64,000 nucleotides of DNA, taken from the NCBI GenBank assembly GCA_963716175.1, contig OY970296.1:1056001-1120000 (forward strand), in the 5' to 3' direction. A program made the position numbers and the translations under genes. Source of the DNA: an uncultured Armatimonadetes bacterium. Lineage in GTDB: Bacteria; Armatimonadota; Hebobacteria; Hebobacterales; Hebobacteraceae. Below, one piece after another: positions 9,324 to 19,944 of this stretch; the first letter of the stretch is position 1, and each line of letters opens with the position of its first letter. The notes under the pieces are model-generated. The model did no database searches, was not told the origin of the DNA, and worked only from the letters and a program-made list of their open reading frames with translations.

Positions 9324-9491
9324 TCAGGGCGGTTTGGCGGCTCCAGCGACAGTCCCGTCGCGAGCTCAGGTGAACGTCGCCCTCGCACATGTAGCGCGAA
9401 ACCGTGATCTTGGGCTGCGACTACGGTCCTGCACTCAGCAATCACGAGTCAGGAGAGCGGGCGAACAGAGGATCGGCAGGTGCTTGGCAGG

Positions 9492-9677
9492 TTATGGTCT
9501 ATCCGCCAGCAGGCCTCCGCCGACACCGATGTTCTCTCGCTCGTTCTCACGAATGATCGTGATGAAGGCTTCCTTGCGGATGCCTGTCACCTTGTGCGCC
9601 ATCTCCGTGAACTGTTGGACGAGTACGGCCTTCTGCTCCTTGCTCAGCTTCCCACCGTCGAATGTGATGACTGGCAT
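9492..9677 (-). CDS. 4-oxalocrotonate tautomerase family protein (DmpI-like)
   Basis: 61 aa, MPVIT.. with Pro1; LSKEQK; ENIGVGG; AAAGGAG RBS. Confidence 0.9.
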   Translation of the reverse strand: MPVITFDGGKLSKEQKAVLVQQFTEMAHKVTGIRKEAFITIIRENERENIGVGGGLLADRP

Positions 9678-9914
9678 GCTGGTCTCCTTTCTGGCAGATG
9701 GTAATGTCCAAGGCAAACACGGCAGCCTTGCCCACGGCTGGCTGTCCACCCTAGCCAGATCACTGTTCGCGGTTCGACTGCGGCTTATCTTCCCTCCTGA
9801 TGCGGGGACGGTGTGCGTGCTACCGAGGCCGCGAGGGCCTCATGCCCGACGAGTCACGCCTTCTGACCCGCCCGACTAGATAGAGGCCCGTCTGCCCGCG
9901 CCGCGAACGGCTCT

Positions 9915-10979
9915 TCAGCGTCCTGTTCCCCCGCTCAGCAAGTCTGCTGCCGCCAGCACGCAGAAGATATACGTCGCCGCGCCGGCGATCACATCCTCCG
10001 ACTGCTGCCAGAGATACGGATAGTTCGCCTTGTACTCCGGAAAATCCGGCCGGATCAGCGCCACGCCCGACACGACTGCGCCCGGTATGTAGTACCAGTG
10101 TGCCCGCAGATAGCTGTACTCGCACGTCACCGAGTGCGCCCCGACCCCGCAGGCAAAGGAGATGTTCGATCCCGGGTGGCAGCCCAGCACGTAGTTGAGC
10201 GATGCCAGCACGTGCTCCCGGTCGAACAGATCCGGGTAGGCCTTCACCAGGTAGTACTGCTCGACCGCGTAGCGCTGGATGTCCCAGCCCGCGCCCCAGA
10301 TGTGCGGGCGCCAGGGCACGCCATAGGGGTTCTTCGCCAGTTCTTCCTTCAGCGCCGACGCGTACTCCTCTAGCGCGCGCCGCACCGCCGTCGCGAAGCC
10401 ATCGTCCTTCACCAGCGGCGCCGCCCGCGCCACTGCCCATCCGCACGCGCCCGTGCCGTGCGAGAAGCGCGCGATGTTCTTCTCGACCTCCGGTAGTAGC
10501 TCCACCAGGCGCTGCCGGTACCGCTCCTCGCCGGTCGTGATCAGCAGCTCCGCCGTCGCCAGTACCTCCTGCGCCTCCGCCTCTCGCGGCACGTAGGTGC
10601 TGTGCAGTTCCACCGGCGGGTGGCCCTGTTCGTACTCCCACGCCTTCGCGGCCGTCTCCAGGCACTCCCGCGCCAGCGCCTCCTCGTAGCCCCCCAGCAC
10701 CCGGCTCGCGGCCGCCAGTGCCGCCGCCACCTTGTACTCCAATCCCGTGTCCCGGCTGGTGAAGGCCCAGCGATCATCCATCTTCCCTGACCGCTCGCCC
10801 GCGACCTCATTGGGCTTCAGCGTTGCGTCGTAGATGCGATTATCAGTCACGCTCGCCCAGTCGCCCGAGATCCGCTGCGCCTGGCTGCTGTGAATGATGC
10901 CCGAGAAGCTGTGCCCCGCCACCCGATACCCGCCCAGCATGTTCTCCACGCCGTGCAGAGAGTTGCTGGCCATGACCAA
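9915..10979 (-). pseudogene. Glycoside hydrolase family 9, C-terminal fragment (5'-truncated)
   Basis: AALAAASRV, LATAELLITTGE..Y, LNYVLGCHP..SF..GVG, IPGAVVSG, QQSEDVI; N-terminal part missing. Confidence 0.7.
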
Positions 10980-11000
10980 GCTGCGCCCTCCATTCTGCAG

Positions 11001-11186
11001 TTAGCCACTGGCGCCGCAGCTTCCCTGTGGGCCGCGCGCGGGACGCGCCTCCACAAGGAACAGCAGCGCTACCAGCGAGGACACCAGAAATGAAAGAACT
11101 AGTACGGCTAGGGTCCCTATCATCACCCTGTTGAGGACAATTGTCTGTCTCCAGCCAGGAAGGCCACAACCGTCGCAGGAGCGCAA
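11001..11186 (-). pseudogene. C-terminal remnant of a small membrane protein, cut by IS256
   Basis: Hydrophobic stretch VMIGTLAVLVLSFLVSSLVALLFLV next to the IS end. Confidence 0.4.
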
Positions 11187-11211
11187 ACGTTAGCGCGAGT
11201 CCAGCGACGCT

Positions 11212-12130
11212 GGATGGTGTCCCGTTCATAGTTGAAGGTTGAGGCGGCTCTCTCCAGCCCGGTTCTGATAGAATCGGGTAACCCAAAGCTTGAAAAGGAG
11301 AGAACCGCCGTGAGAAGAGAGTATCAGGTTGTGGGTCGCAAGGGTAGTGCCGCGCTGCGCCAGTTTCTGGCGAGGGAGGGGGCGGCGCTGGTGCCGATGA
11401 TGGAACTGCTGGAGGCGGGGCAACTCGCCGTGGAAGAGCTAGTGGGGGAGATGGGAAAGGCGGCGCTGGAGGCGGTGCTGCTGATCTCAGCCGAAGAGGT
11501 GGCGGGGCCGGCGCATCCGGGCCGGCCGGGCGGGGTGATCCGGCGCCATGGCGAGCAAGGCGGGATAGTCGCGCTGGGGGGCCAGAAGGTGCGGGTGAGC
11601 AAGCCGCGGTTGCGCCGGAAGGGCGGCGGGGAGGGGGCTGAGGTGGCGGTGCCGGCTTATGCCGCGATGCAGTCCGATGAGAGGCTGCGGGAGCGGATGC
11701 TGTCGATTGTGATGCGAGGGGTGAGCACGCGCCATTACCAGGAGGTGGTGCCGGAGCTGGCGGAGCGCTGCGGGGTATCGCGCTCGGCGGTGAGCCGGCA
11801 GCTGCAAGAGGCGAGTGCGGAGGCGCTGCGGGAGCTGTGCGAGCGGCGCTTCGATGACCTTGACCTGTTGGTGATCTACCTGGACGGCAAGCACTTCGGG
11901 GGCCACCAGGTGGTGAGTGCCATCGGAGTGGACGCAGCGGGCTGCAAACACGTCCTGGGCCTCACCGAGGGGGCCACGGAGAACGCGGTGGTAGTGAAGG
12001 GACTGCTGGAGGAGCTGGTGGAGCGAGGGGTGCGCCCGGAGCGCAGACGGCTGTTGGTGATTGATGGCTCGAAGGCGTTGCGCAAGGCGATTGATGATGT
12101 CTTCGGCAAGCAGCATCCAGTGCAGCGCTG
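11212..12130 (+). mobile_element. IS256-family element, 3'-truncated (transposase from GTG 11310)
   Basis: IRL GGATGGTGTCCCGTTCATAGTTGAAGGTTG; GVSTRHY, YLDG, LVIDGSKAL, PVQRC, then homology ends. Confidence 0.9.
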
Positions 12131-12829
12131 CCTATCTCGGTGGCGGTCGCTTTCCACGAAGAGGCGGATACCAGCAGGCCCCGTCACCGCGCTGCTCGCA
12201 CTTCGCGAGATCGTCGCCCAGCGCTATCCCATGCTCGGCGCAACACGGGAAGCCAAGTCGGTCCTTCGTGATGTGGGAACAGCGTTGGTGCTGCTTCCTG
12301 TCTTCTGTCCGCATATCCGCTCCACGCGACTACCCGAGCAGGAACGGCTCACCCCTAACACAGGAAGGTAACTCAGCAGGAACGCTCGCGGGGGCTGCCC
12401 GCTCCCCTCGGATCGCCTCACTTCGTTCTCCGACCGCGCAGTATGGTCCTGCCATGAAAACAACCGCGACGCCGAGGCACAGAGCAAAGCCCTACGCCAG
12501 GAGAAGGTGCGCTTTTCCCATGCAAGGGCTACGACTGGAGCGGCTATCACGACGTGATGGCCGTTCCCATCTCTTCGACTTCGCGGCAGCAGGTTAGGCC
12601 CGGTCTTCGAGGCGGGCCTTCCGGCTCCCTGTCGGTTGAAGACTACCGAATGGGAGGCGCTTCGAGAGGATCTCTCTGGCGGGAGTGGCAGAGGCGCTTA
12701 GGACTCACGAGGAGCTGAGGTCTACTAGGCAAGAGACGGGGTGCCCGCTGAAGGAGTCCCTTCTCACAAACCGGTCTGCCTGTGGAACAACCATAGAAGC
12801 AGTTGCTGTAGACAAAGGCCTGATAGCCC

Positions 12830-13054
12830 ATGGAGTGGACACTGTTGGGGGCGGGTAGTGCTGCCGCCGGGATAGCCTTCGCCATCAAGGGGCTTGAAGA
12901 GCTGTTCCTAGCCGGTCGTACCTATCCTGCCGGCAAGGTGGAACCACTCGCGCTGACTAGGCTGCGTCTGAGGGCGGATTGGCTCTTCAGAGGGGCGCTG
13001 GTCCTGGGCGTCCTCGCGATGTGCCTCTCCCTCGCTGCCAGGCTTACCCACTAG
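12830..13054 (+). CDS. Small hypothetical membrane protein
   Basis: 74 aa with two hydrophobic helices. Confidence 0.55.
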   Translation: MEWTLLGAGSAAAGIAFAIKGLEELFLAGRTYPAGKVEPLALTRLRLRADWLFRGALVLGVLAMCLSLAARLTH

Positions 13055-13187
13055 CGACCAACAGCTCCTATACCGAATGGCGGCCCGTAAGGCATAGCCT
13101 GCGAGTTGCTCCCGCTCGGAAATGAGATGCGCCCCGAAGGTGTCTCCAGGTCCCCACCGTCGGGGCGCAAGCACTACTGCCAGAAGG

Positions 13188-13430
13188 TCACTCGGGGTTC
13201 AGTTCTAGCGGAAGTCCAGGACAAGATGGAACAACCCACTCAGCAGGATGCACACCGGGCCGAGCATGGCAGCCGCGATCAACGGCTTCCGCGCGCACCA
13301 ACAGCGCCTTGACTTTCGGCCACCAGCTAGGCTCAGGCGTGAAAGGATTGGTACCCGGCAGCCAGGCCGTTACACCAATGGCCGTCAGGGCACAGCCAGC
13401 CGTCAGCAGCCACAACGTTGCCGTCTCCAT
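13188..13430 (-). CDS. Small hypothetical membrane protein
   Basis: 80 aa, N-terminal hydrophobic helix, GGAG-rich RBS. Confidence 0.5.
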   Translation of the reverse strand: METATLWLLTAGCALTAIGVTAWLPGTNPFTPEPSWWPKVKALLVRAEAVDRGCHARPGVHPAEWVVPSCPGLPLELNPE

Positions 13431-13677
13431 GATGCTCCCCTCCCCTCTCTCTAGTCTGACGCCACCACCGTTAGCTGCCTCAAGGTGACGTAGTCTACCA
13501 CCTATGTGCTATCTTGACTACCAGCCAACAGTAAAAGACTACCCTTTTCGTGCGGTGGACCAAACAAGCCAGCCACGGCTCACAGGCTGCCTGCGTGCGT
13601 CCCTGGAAGCTATCAGGGAAGATTGGCCAGCGCCAATCCCAGTTCGGCCTCTCGGCCAATGCTGCCTCGCGGCATCC

Positions 13678-14034
13678 TCATCGCCACCGCCGGACTGCTA
13701 GGAGAGCAGTTATCGCCAGGGCGGCCGTCAGGACATCCGCCCACCAGGGCCCGGACCACCATACACCGAGGGTCGCCACCACGACCGCGCCAAGGGCTAC
13801 CCGCCTGCATCCAACGACAGACGGGTCCAGTGGCTGCTCGCTCGGCGTGCGCGCTATCAGGATCGTCGTCAGTGCAATGACGACCCACCCGGCTGCGAAG
13901 ACGCAAAGGTAGAACAGGAAAGAGGGGAATGGAGTCAATCCAGGGAAGCATGGGCTGCAGAATATGAGAGAGCCTAAGGCTAGCAGCAGAGCTGCCGCCA
14001 GGAGTATCGTGAGTGCTCCGAGTCTGTTTCCCAA
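13678..14034 (-). CDS. Small hypothetical 4-TM membrane protein
   Basis: 118 aa with four hydrophobic segments; GGGGAG RBS. Confidence 0.6.
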   Translation of the reverse strand: MGNRLGALTILLAAALLLALGSLIFCSPCFPGLTPFPSFLFYLCVFAAGWVVIALTTILIARTPSEQPLDPSVVGCRRVALGAVVVATLGVWWSGPWWADVLTAALAITALLAVRRWR

Positions 14035-14722
14035 GTTGACCGAGCTCCCCTCTCTCGCGGCGTGCGCAACACCGACCGCAACTGCCAGGAATGTCCACCG
14101 CGCAGACTAAACGCGACTCCATGCCTGTAAGCCCGACCTCGGCCTGAGTATTCGGGGCGGCCACGTGTTCCCATGCCCGCCGGCTAACGAATCTCTGGTC
14201 TTACGGTTATGTTGTCCAAGGCCCCAGGATGCCTCTGGGCGTGTCCTGAGCCTTCGTCTCAGCTTGCTTGCCTAACCACTGCACAAGATACTCTTTAGAC
14301 CACCGCTGCGATAGTCTATGGAAACCAGAATCCGCTCCCCGGCAGGCCTAAGCGACGTTCGGGAGCAGGTCGGAGTCTAGCAGCCCAGGGGCACCTCTGT
14401 CAAGAGGTCGGAGGGCTGGCAATCGCTAGCACTGCTCGGAGGCAAACGCTGATTGGCAGAGAGAACCTCATGTGCCGTGTCTCGCCGCGGCGTCCAAGCA
14501 CGGGCTGTAGTGTATCTCAGAGTCGCCGCACAGCTGTCGGCTCCTCTCTGACGCCGGCAGCAGCGATGGCAGGCGGCCGTGGGATGAGGAGGCGCTCCTC
14601 CTTTACTGGGAAAGTGCCGAACGGCAACACCCCGGGGGCCTCGGCAGCCCGGCTCTGGATTCGCTTACACAGCCGGTATAAAGGCGAGCCCCACGGGACC
14701 ATGAACCGCGGGGCTCTGTTTT

Positions 14723-15443
14723 GGATGGTGTCCCGTTCATAGTTGAAGGTTGAGGCGGCTCTCTCCAGCCCGGTTCTGATAGAATCGGGTAACCCAAAGC
14801 TTGAAAAGGAGAGAACCGCCGTGAGAAGAGAGTATCAGGTTGTGGGTCGCAAGGGTAGTGCCGCGCTGCGCCAGTTTCTGGCGAGGGAGGGGGCGGCGCT
14901 GGTGCCGATGATGGAACTGCTGGAGGCGGGGCAACTCGCCGTGGAAGAGCTAGTGGGGGAGATGGGAAAGGCGGCGCTGCGGGCGGCGTGGAAGCTGGAG
15001 CCCAAGGAAGGGATGGCGCGGCTGCACACCCAGATCGAGTGGCTGGAGCGAACTCATCCCAAGGCCGCGGCCAGCCTGCGGGAGGGCTTGGAGGAGACCT
15101 TCACCATCGCCCGACTGGGGCTGTCGCCGATGCTGCGCACCTGCCTGACCACCACCAACATCATCGAGAGCTCGCTCTCGGGGGTGGAGGGTCGCACCGG
15201 CCGCGTCACCCGCTGGCGCTCGGGAGAGATGGCCTTGCGCTGGGCCGGGGCGGCCGCGCTGGAGACCGAGCGCAGCTTCCGCAAGATCATGGGGCACAAG
15301 GGCCTCTGGATGCTGAAGGCCGTGCTGGACGAAGGCCAGTCGCTTAGCGACCGGTCGCAGATCTCAGTTGACGAGGGCCGTGTCGCGGCCTAAGATACGC
15401 GAGAGGGACCGCCCAACCTTACACTACGGGCGGGACATAATCC
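14723..15443 (+). mobile_element. IS256-family element with in-frame internal deletion (ORF 14821..15393)
   Basis: First 257 bp identical to 11212-11468; then LRAAWKL..TTNIIES C-terminus; IRR CAACCTTACACTACGGGCGGGACATAATCC. Confidence 0.9.
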
Positions 15444-16224
15444 TGCCATCGGCCCTCAGCGATTCCTCCATCTCCCTGCTCCTTTCTCGCTTGTACATTT
15501 CGCCGCCCAGGAGCAGGAACACCGACTCAGATCAGCTCACCCTGTAGCTTGGCCTTTGTCCCAGAATCGCTGACGACGTACATGGGATTCGAATCCACCA
15601 GAGGCGTCTGGGTGCGTCCTAGACTGATCTGGGACGATTTCGCCTATCTGGCGGAGCAATGTATGACAAAGATAATAAAGCCGTGAGCGCCGATCTCGCG
15701 GCGGATCCTACACATCCGGTAGCAGGCAAGAGACGGCATCGGAGCAGCTCCAGGGCCTCTCGATGGCCTTCTTGCTCTCATGGGCTGCGGCCCTTTGGCA
15801 GCGAAAAGTACACCTACACGAGAGAGCTACCTAGCGTTAACTGACTGCCGCTGCGGGATGGACACCTGCACTTTGGGCGTGATGTACCAAGACTGATCTG
15901 GGGGTTTCTTCGGCAGGTTTGGAGCGGGATCCGCCCTCTCGCATGGTTGGTTGATGAGGTTTCGGCGGACTCGCACATCGCCGGAGTCCGCTATGCGGAG
16001 CCGAGAAGGCCACGCCAGGCGCGAAATCGATCCCGAGGATGCCAGGAACCGAGGTCAGTGGCTGCCTGGATTCCTCAGATTAGTTCTGGTACACTTCGGG
16101 TCCCAGCTAGGCATCTGTCGGATCTCGTGCCTGCCACTTCGCTGCTGGTCCGCTTTCCGCTGGAGCTCCCTGAACCACAGGGCCTCGCTGAGACGGTTCG
16201 ATCGCCGCTCGACATCCACAGGGG

Positions 16225-16292
16225 AGCTCAGATGGTAGAGCGCGGGACTGAAAATCCCGGCGTTCCCAGTTCGACTCTGGGACCCGGCACCA
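16225..16292 (+). tRNA. tRNA-Phe(GAA), 5' acceptor strand missing (pseudo/att-like copy)
   Basis: D arm GCTCAGATGGTAGAGC, anticodon loop CTGAAAA, T arm CCCAGTTCGACTCTGGG, 3' ACCCGGC-A-CCA; positions 1-7 (CACAGGG) cannot form the acceptor stem. Confidence 0.8.
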
Positions 16293-16530
16293 AGGAGTGA
16301 GGCGACGGCGAGAGCCGTCACCTTTCATCTCCCGTCGGCTCCCGCGGTGCTACCATCGCCAGTATCGGCATAGCGCTTCCGGACCGGGGCCGCTCGTGAA
16401 GGTTGCAGGTCTGGGGTGGGGAACTGATACACGAGGGCCCCGAGCCCTGTCCGCCGCCAGTTCGGCATCTGCAAGTGGGAGGCCATCGTGCCGAGGAGTC
16501 GGCTGCTGGACAGCAACGAAGGGAGGCGCG

Positions 16531-19395
16531 ATGGGCCGCACAGGCCGGAGGCGTTCCCAGACCGCGGTAGTCGTCGCCATCCTCATCTGGATGCTGGGCC
16601 CCGTGTACCCGCAACAGCAATCGACCGTTAGCCTTGCCGACTGGGAGGCGCACCGCTTCCCGGTGACCCACCCGGCGACGGTCATCAAGCCCGCCGATCT
16701 GGCGCGGGCCAGAAAGAATGTAGCCAGGTACACATGGGCGCGAGGCTATGTGGAATCTGCGCGCCGCCGCGCAGACGCGATCCTTCCCAGCATCACTCCC
16801 GAGTACCTCGTCACCATGGTCGAACGCACTACTCCCGGGGGCACGGCGCCCTGCCCCGCGTGCCGGGCCAAGGGCCTCCCCTGGCACCCCAATGGCCAGT
16901 GGTCGTGGTCACCGGACAAGCCGGACCAGCTCACCTGCCAGGTCTGCGGGACCGTATTCCCGAACCCTGAGTTTCCGGAGAGCATCGTTCTGCAGAGCAC
17001 GTGGGACCCGGAGCAGAAGTTCAGCTTCGTCGGCGGCGAGCCGTTCCTCTGCTTCGGCTACGCCTCCCGCCCGAGTCTCACCGGCATCATCCGCGCCCGC
17101 AAGCTCGACTACGTCACCGACCAGCTGAGCACGTTGGCCCAGGCCTATGCGCTGACCGAGGACGCCAGGTACGCGCGTGGCGCCAGGGCCATCCTGCTGC
17201 GATTCGCAGAGGTGCTGCCGAAGTACCTGGTGCGCGCTGGCTACACGTACGGCGAGTACGCCGATACGGACCCACATGTGGCCGCCGCAGGCATCGACGA
17301 TCTATCCAACGACGAACTGGTCTACCCGCCTAACGTTCCGGACCGAAAGCTTCACACCGGGTACTGGTCGGCGAGCCGGGTGGGCACCTCCGGCATGGAC
17401 GGCTGGTGGGTCTCCACCGTCACGCAGGCCTATGACCTGGTGTGTTCGGCACGGCAACAGGGCACGCCGGTCTTCTCCGAGGCCGACCGGTACCGCGTCG
17501 AGCGAGATGTGCTCTTCGAGAGCGCGTACCTCGCTGCGTGCGACCCCAGCATCAACAACAAGTCGGTGGGTAACCGCGCCGGAGCCGCCATGGTCGGCAT
17601 GTGCACCGGCTACCCGCCACTGGTGCACTTCGGGCTGGATGGCTTCCGCAAGACCGTTGATGGCTGGTTCCTGCCCGACGGCGGAACGTCGGAGTCTCCC
17701 GCCTATGCCATGATGACCATGAGCGGCATCGAGGGCTTCGGCCTCATGTTCCGCGACTACTCGGACCCGCCCGGCTACGTGCCCGAGGCTGGGACGACGC
17801 GGCTGGAGCACTTCGACGCCTGCCGCGACACGCGCTATGGTGACTGCTGGCAAGGCCTGCTCTGGACATTGCAAGGGGATCTGCACTGGCCGCCTTCGGC
17901 CGACTCCTACCGCAGCACGGCACTGGACGCGAACTACGCGGAGCTGATCGCGGCCGAGTACCCCACCGAGGAGCACGTCGCACTCCTGCAGGAAGTCGCG
18001 GGCAGAGATCTTGCCGGCGGATCGCCGGAGCGCGCGATCTTCTACCGGGAGCCGGGGCTGGAATCCCGCCAAGTGAAGCCGTTCGCGCTACCCGACATCG
18101 TCTTCCCGTTCCTCGCCCAGGGATACCTGCGGACTGGAGCGGATGGCCGCGACGGCCTAGCGTTGCTAAACGCGAGCGATTTCGGTAACCACCACCACCT
18201 CGACAGCCTGGACCTCTACTACTGGAAGGATGGCCACGAGCTTCTCTCCGACCTGGGGTACCTGTGGGACCACCCGGACTCCTACCAGACTCGCAAGACC
18301 CTCTCTCACAACACAGTGTTGGTACACGGCGCCGATCAGAAGGACAAGGGCCGGGGCGGAAGCTTCCACCTGTTCGCCGTCACCCCAGAGGTCAAGGTCA
18401 TGGAAGCCTCCTCGCGAGCCTACGAGTCGGCGAGCGTCTACCGGCGCACGTGCGTGCAGGTGGACCACGGGGCTGCGGGCTCGTATCTGCTGGACGTCTT
18501 CCGCGTCGAGGGCGGCGGGAAGCGGCAGTACGTCTTCCACGGCCCGGGGACCCACTATCGGATTGCTGGTCTGCGCCTCGTGCCCGCGGCGGACTCCCCG
18601 GGCCTGCAGCTGGAGAACCTGCGCCAGGCTTCGGGCGTCGAGCCATGGCAGCTCACTTGGACCCTGAGCGAGGGCTATACCTTCACCGCCTTCGCACCCG
18701 GCGATCCAGGAGAGACCGTGCTGCTCGGCGACGGCTGGGGCCAGCGCGACCATCGGAACACCGATCGTGGGGCGACGCTGCCGTACGTCGTCCGCACCCG
18801 TGAGGGGCCGGGGCTGGACCAGTTCGTCGCCGTGTTCGCGGGCGCTGCTCAGGGCCGAGCGCTCGTGAATGCCGTGCGCCTCCTGACGCTCCCGCCGGAT
18901 GCGCCGCGGGACGCCGTCGCGGTGGAGGTCGAGACAACCGCGGGGTCAGACCTGATCGTCTCGATGCTCACGCCGGCACCGCTTATCCTGTCCACCTCAC
19001 TCGGCGAGGTGAAGACTGATGGCCGCCTGGCGGCAGTGCTGGGCGTGGCGGGCAAGCCCACCGCGGCCTGCCTGGTAGGCGGCACAGAGCTCTCTGCCAG
19101 CGCGGCGATCATCACCTCCCCGGCGGCCCGCTACACGGGGAAGGTCCTCGGGAACGCCAGTGGGCGTGGCGAGTCCCATTACGTGTTGCAGGGGCACCTG
19201 AGCGGAGATCAGAGCCTAGTCGGACAGACGCTCTTGATCCAGGACGGAGCCACCACTCGCGCTTACCCGATCCGCGGCATCCATGTTGAGAATGGACGGG
19301 CGACGGTCTACACCAAACGCGACGGCGTCGGCTTCGAGGCGCGTTCCGGTGCCACCTGGGAGTTCGTCACGGTCGGGTCCTGGAAGCAGCGTTGA
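16531..19395 (+). CDS. Heparinase II/III-like polysaccharide lyase
   Basis: Signal peptide; LPDGGTSESPAY; NHHHLDSLDL..LLSDLGY; SHNTVLV; N-terminal CxxC..CxxC insert. Confidence 0.85.
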   Translation: MGRTGRRRSQTAVVVAILIWMLGPVYPQQQSTVSLADWEAHRFPVTHPATVIKPADLARARKNVARYTWARGYVESARRRADAILPSITPEYLVTMVERTTPGGTAPCPACRAKGLPWHPNGQWSWSPDKPDQLTCQVCGTVFPNPEFPESIVLQSTWDPEQKFSFVGGEPFLCFGYASRPSLTGIIRARKLDYVTDQLSTLAQAYALTEDARYARGARAILLRFAEVLPKYLVRAGYTYGEYADTDPHVAAAGIDDLSNDELVYPPNVPDRKLHTGYWSASRVGTSGMDGWWVSTVTQAYDLVCSARQQGTPVFSEADRYRVERDVLFESAYLAACDPSINNKSVGNRAGAAMVGMCTGYPPLVHFGLDGFRKTVDGWFLPDGGTSESPAYAMMTMSGIEGFGLMFRDYSDPPGYVPEAGTTRLEHFDACRDTRYGDCWQGLLWTLQGDLHWPPSADSYRSTALDANYAELIAAEYPTEEHVALLQEVAGRDLAGGSPERAIFYREPGLESRQVKPFALPDIVFPFLAQGYLRTGADGRDGLALLNASDFGNHHHLDSLDLYYWKDGHELLSDLGYLWDHPDSYQTRKTLSHNTVLVHGADQKDKGRGGSFHLFAVTPEVKVMEASSRAYESASVYRRTCVQVDHGAAGSYLLDVFRVEGGGKRQYVFHGPGTHYRIAGLRLVPAADSPGLQLENLRQASGVEPWQLTWTLSEGYTFTAFAPGDPGETVLLGDGWGQRDHRNTDRGATLPYVVRTREGPGLDQFVAVFAGAAQGRALVNAVRLLTLPPDAPRDAVAVEVETTAGSDLIVSMLTPAPLILSTSLGEVKTDGRLAAVLGVAGKPTAACLVGGTELSASAAIITSPAARYTGKVLGNASGRGESHYVLQGHLSGDQSLVGQTLLIQDGATTRAYPIRGIHVENGRATVYTKRDGVGFEARSGATWEFVTVGSWKQR

Positions 19396-19944
19396 GCGCG
19401 CCGCCACGCATGGTTCCGCTGAACTTGAGCGCACAACACGCGCGCCAGGGGCGGGAACTGCCGAAACCGGCTACAGAGTGCCTCAAAAGCTTCCGGAGAC
19501 GGCTGCGAAGGCCCGGCGGATCGGCCTCGCTGTTTAGACCTCAGATGTGAGAGAGTCTGTCCGCGGCAGTATCCTGGAGGAAGCGTTACCCAGGATCGAA
19601 CCCTCTCCGAATGTGGACGAGGTTGGGGTTGCGATTCCCAACGCCTGTAGGAGTTGCTGCCGCGGAACCGCTCTTTGCCTGGCAGCGTCCTAGCGCTATG
19701 TCGCTGTCTGGCTGTCGCCTTGCTGGCCAGTGGAGTCCACATCGGCCGGAGAACCTATGCCCTGGACCGACCCAACACGCGCAAACTGCCGCAAGGCGCG
19801 GGATTCCTCTCGCGAGACAGAGGAGGATGGCAGCCCACTAACGGTGAAGCGGGCCGCGGTGTCACCTCTGGACAAGGCTGTGACGTGCACAGCGGGACGC
19901 TTTGGCGAGGCTGCCCACGCTCTGCCGAACCGAAGGAGGCGTTT

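Noticed and set aside
11232-12371. 379-aa intact IS256 transposase
   Set aside because: Homology stops at QRC (~12130); the tail is read-through into unrelated DNA and the catalytic Glu region is absent.
10999-14276. Integron attC array (several CTAAC/GTTAG core-like motifs beside small membrane ORFs)
   Set aside because: The motifs occur in mixed orientation and I could not pair them into complete attC hairpins; there is no intI. IntegronFinder would settle it.
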